From positions 384,001 through 448,000 of the forward strand of contig JAFATB010000006.1 of the NCBI GenBank assembly GCA_019244185.1: DNA of 64,000 bases, written 5' to 3'. Source of the stretch: Acidobacteriota bacterium. GTDB taxonomy: Bacteria > Acidobacteriota > Thermoanaerobaculia > Gp7-AA8. Of this stretch, positions 59,701 through 64,000 are shown piece by piece. The position numbers and the translations under genes were made by a program. The notes beneath the pieces are model-generated. The model did not search any database and was not told where the DNA came from. It worked only from the letters and a program-made list of their open reading frames with translations. Position 1 is the stretch's first letter; each line of letters opens with the position of its first letter.

Positions 59701-60913
59701 AGGCGAGGGCGCGATTCTGCGCGGCAACTTCACGCCCGGCGCGTCGCAGCTCGAATGGTGCGACCGGCGCCTGCTCGCGCGCATCCACCGCTACACGCTC
59801 AATCGTCTGCGCGCGGAGATCGAGCCGGTCACCGCCGCCGACTTCACGCGTTTCCTCTTCGCGTGGCAGCACGTGACGCCGTCGTCGCGCCTCAGTGGCA
59901 TCGATGGACTGCAGGAGCTGCTCGCCCAACTCGACGGCTTCGAACTCGCCGCAAACGCGTGGGAGCGCTCGGTGCTGCCCGCGCGCATGGACCGCTACGA
60001 CGCGTCGATGCTCGACACGCTCTGCTTCGCCGGCGTGGCCGGCTGGGCGCGCGTCTCACCGCCGACCGGCGCCGCGCTGCCCGTCGGCGCGACGCCGATC
60101 GCGCTGTTTCTCCGCGAGCACGCGGCGACGTGGCAGTCGCTGCGCGAGACGGCGCCGGTCGCGTTGTCCGAACAAGCGCAACGCGTCGTCGACACGCTTC
60201 GCGCGCGCGGCGCGTCGTTCGCGCGCGAGCTCGCGGCGCTCTGCGAGCTCGACGAAGCCGCGCTCGAACGCGCGCTCGGTGAGCTGGTCTGCGCGGGACT
60301 CGTGACGTCCGACGGCTTCGCCGGTCTGCGCTCGCTCGTGCGCGCGTCGCACGAGAAACGCGCGCGCACCGACGTCGCGGGACGGTGGTCGCTGCTCGCC
60401 TCCGACGCGAACGGCGACGACGCGCTGGAGCTGCAGGCGCGCACGTTCCTCCGCCGCTACGGCATCGTCTTCCGCCGCCTCCTCGCGCGCGAGTCGAACG
60501 CCGCGCCGTGGCGCGAGCTCGCACGCGTCTACCGCCGCATGGAAGCGCGCGGCGACCTGCGCGGCGGCCGCTTCGTCGCCGGCATGCCCGGCGAACAGTT
60601 CGCGCTCCCCGACGCCGTCGAACGCCTGCGCGAGATCCGCCGCACCCCGCACGACGGCACGCTGGTCGTGCTCTCCGCCGCCGACCCGCTCAACCTCACC
60701 GGCACCACCTCGCCCGGCGATCGCATCCGCGCCACACCCGGCACGCGCATCGCGTACCGCGACGGCGTGCCGGTGTCCGTGATGGAAGGCGACTACGTGC
60801 GCCCGCTCACGGACATCGAATCGAACGACGCGCTCACCGTCGCCGCCGCGCTCGCGGGGCGTGCGGTCGCGGCGGGGCGGGGGTGGGTGGGGCGGGGGTG
60901 GGTGGGGCGGTGA
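56714..60913 (+). CDS. lhr: Lhr-family ATP-dependent helicase with extended C-terminal domain
   Basis: APTGSGKT, YVSPLKAL, TTPESL, DEIH, LSAT, SLELGID, QRVGRSGH; RGGRFV..GEQFA C-terminus. Confidence 0.92.
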   Translation: MSLDRFHPVLQRWFSDTLGTPTPAQQQGWSAIRERRHTLIAAPTGSGKTLAAFLTALDDLFVEALTAPLPDEVRVVYVSPLKALSADIHKNLAEPRHGIRRIAEELNIDARITAGVRTGDTTSSERAAMLKTPPHILVTTPESLYLLLTAERSRNMLRSVRTVIVDEIHAVIGTRRGAHLALTLERLQHVAEAPLLRIGLSATQKPIEAVARYLTGGGDCTIVDEGHRRAMDLTLEVPRSPLEAVMSAEVWEEYYDALVRLIESHRTTLVFVNTRKMAERVARHLSDRLGEDAVTAHHGSLSKENRLDAETRLKTGQLKALVATASLELGIDIGHVDLVCQLGSPHRIATLLQRVGRSGHTVSGLPKGRVFPTSRDDLFECAALLRAVKRGELDQIVTHDAPLDVLAQQLVAESSCDDYAEDALFALAKRAWPYRALERGAFDDVVKMMADGFATKRGRRGALMHRDEVHGNVRGRRGSRLLALTSGGAIPEVADYRVVQEPDETFIGTLNEDFAIESNIGDVFQLGNTSWRVLQVSGGVVRVADAHGEPPSIPFWLGEAPARSDELSRAVSSLRADLEPLLDDREAAIAWLVDACGIPRAAAEPLIEYLAESHRVLGTLPTQQTLVLERFFDESGGMQLILHAPFGSRINKAWGLALRKRFCRQFDFELQAAATEDAILLSLGPQHSFPLADVFRYLHPATARDVLVQAFLDAPVWQTRWRWNATISLAVPRNRNGKKIAPQLQRTLADDLMAAVFPDAAACFENIGGDRKIPDHPLVNQAVRDCLEEAMDFDGLARVLTRIHADELTLVARDTPEPSPLAHEILNAQPYAFLDDAPLEERRTNAVYTRRVADAASARELGALDLAAIERVRDEERPDPRDADELHDALLTFGFLTDEDAPHELFDALAAAKRATRVHGLWFAAERLPELLAIHRVETTIAPPASRLTRTWSREEALVELLRGRLSLVGPATSDALASLLAVPQSNVDAALLALEGEGAILRGNFTPGASQLEWCDRRLLARIHRYTLNRLRAEIEPVTAADFTRFLFAWQHVTPSSRLSGIDGLQELLAQLDGFELAANAWERSVLPARMDRYDASMLDTLCFAGVAGWARVSPPTGAALPVGATPIALFLREHAATWQSLRETAPVALSEQAQRVVDTLRARGASFARELAALCELDEAALERALGELVCAGLVTSDGFAGLRSLVRASHEKRARTDVAGRWSLLASDANGDDALELQARTFLRRYGIVFRRLLARESNAAPWRELARVYRRMEARGDLRGGRFVAGMPGEQFALPDAVERLREIRRTPHDGTLVVLSAADPLNLTGTTSPGDRIRATPGTRIAYRDGVPVSVMEGDYVRPLTDIESNDALTVAAALAGRAVAAGRGWVGRGWVGR
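60874..60910 (+). repeat. G-rich 15-bp tandem duplication at the lhr 3' end
   Basis: GGGGCGGGGGTGGGT x2 + GGGGCGG, encoding GRGWV x2. Confidence 0.8.
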
Positions 60914-60938
60914 AGCGCGCGCACATCGACGCGTAAAC

Positions 60939-60968
60939 AAAACGAGCGGCCTCGCGGCCGCTCGTTTT
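60939..60968. terminator. Bidirectional intrinsic terminator
   Basis: AAAACGAGCGGCC-tcgc-GGCCGCTCGTTTT between convergent lhr and nrdJ. Confidence 0.85.
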
Positions 60969-60990
60969 CATTTCGTGAGACTCGAAGCTC

Positions 60991-63867
<2,877 letters not shown>

Positions 63868-64000
63868 GGCCTTGCTCTCCTCAACCTTCAATCGTTAGAA
63901 CAAAAAAGTAGAGGAGGGCAGTTCGACGATGCTGAGAAGGATTTCGGCCGGGCGAGCTCGCGGATCCATGACGAACGCGGCCCGGGACATCCGAGGTCCC

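Noticed and set aside
56360-59929. 1189-aa antisense ORF, and many other long overlapping ORFs in the track (e.g. 45127-47340, 29108-31099)
   Set aside because: Shadow frames of real genes caused by high GC and stop-codon scarcity; Arg/Ala-rich with no motifs
63868-64000. Cobalamin riboswitch or NrdR box upstream of nrdJ
   Set aside because: No recognisable motif in the 130 nt available; it may lie beyond the window

Overview
High-GC bacterial chromosomal window, densely coding (about 60 genes). Gene content (IPT/TIG surface proteins, a C-terminal RRRAVxH motif, eukaryote-like kinases, a VWA protein) suggests Acidobacteriota, possibly Thermoanaerobaculia; this is inference only. Most of it is core or housekeeping DNA: aroA, murB, glnS, xth, ptrB, a LigD-like polymerase, an Lhr helicase, nrdJ, ABC/MFS transporters, TetR/ECF regulators and hydrolases. 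I found no transposase, integrase, prophage or CRISPR array. The standout region is 54244-56690. It has a sigma70-like promoter overlapped by a palindromic operator, a 26-codon leader ORF with mutually exclusive antiterminator and terminator stems, a tRNA(GAT)-like RNA with a broken acceptor stem and Y-RNA-like features, a further structured element of about 220 nt, an SPFH/slipin gene and a basic protein of unknown function, followed by Lhr. Together these look like a ribosome-stall-sensing RNA or translation-stress module. Other points: unannotated small ORFs with sigma54-like promoters, widespread leaderless-type starts, a Tat-signal small partner for an amidase, a frameshifted pectate lyase, a pseudokinase-receiver fusion and two intergenic inverted-repeat elements. 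All calls come from reading the sequence; no database searches or folding programs were run.
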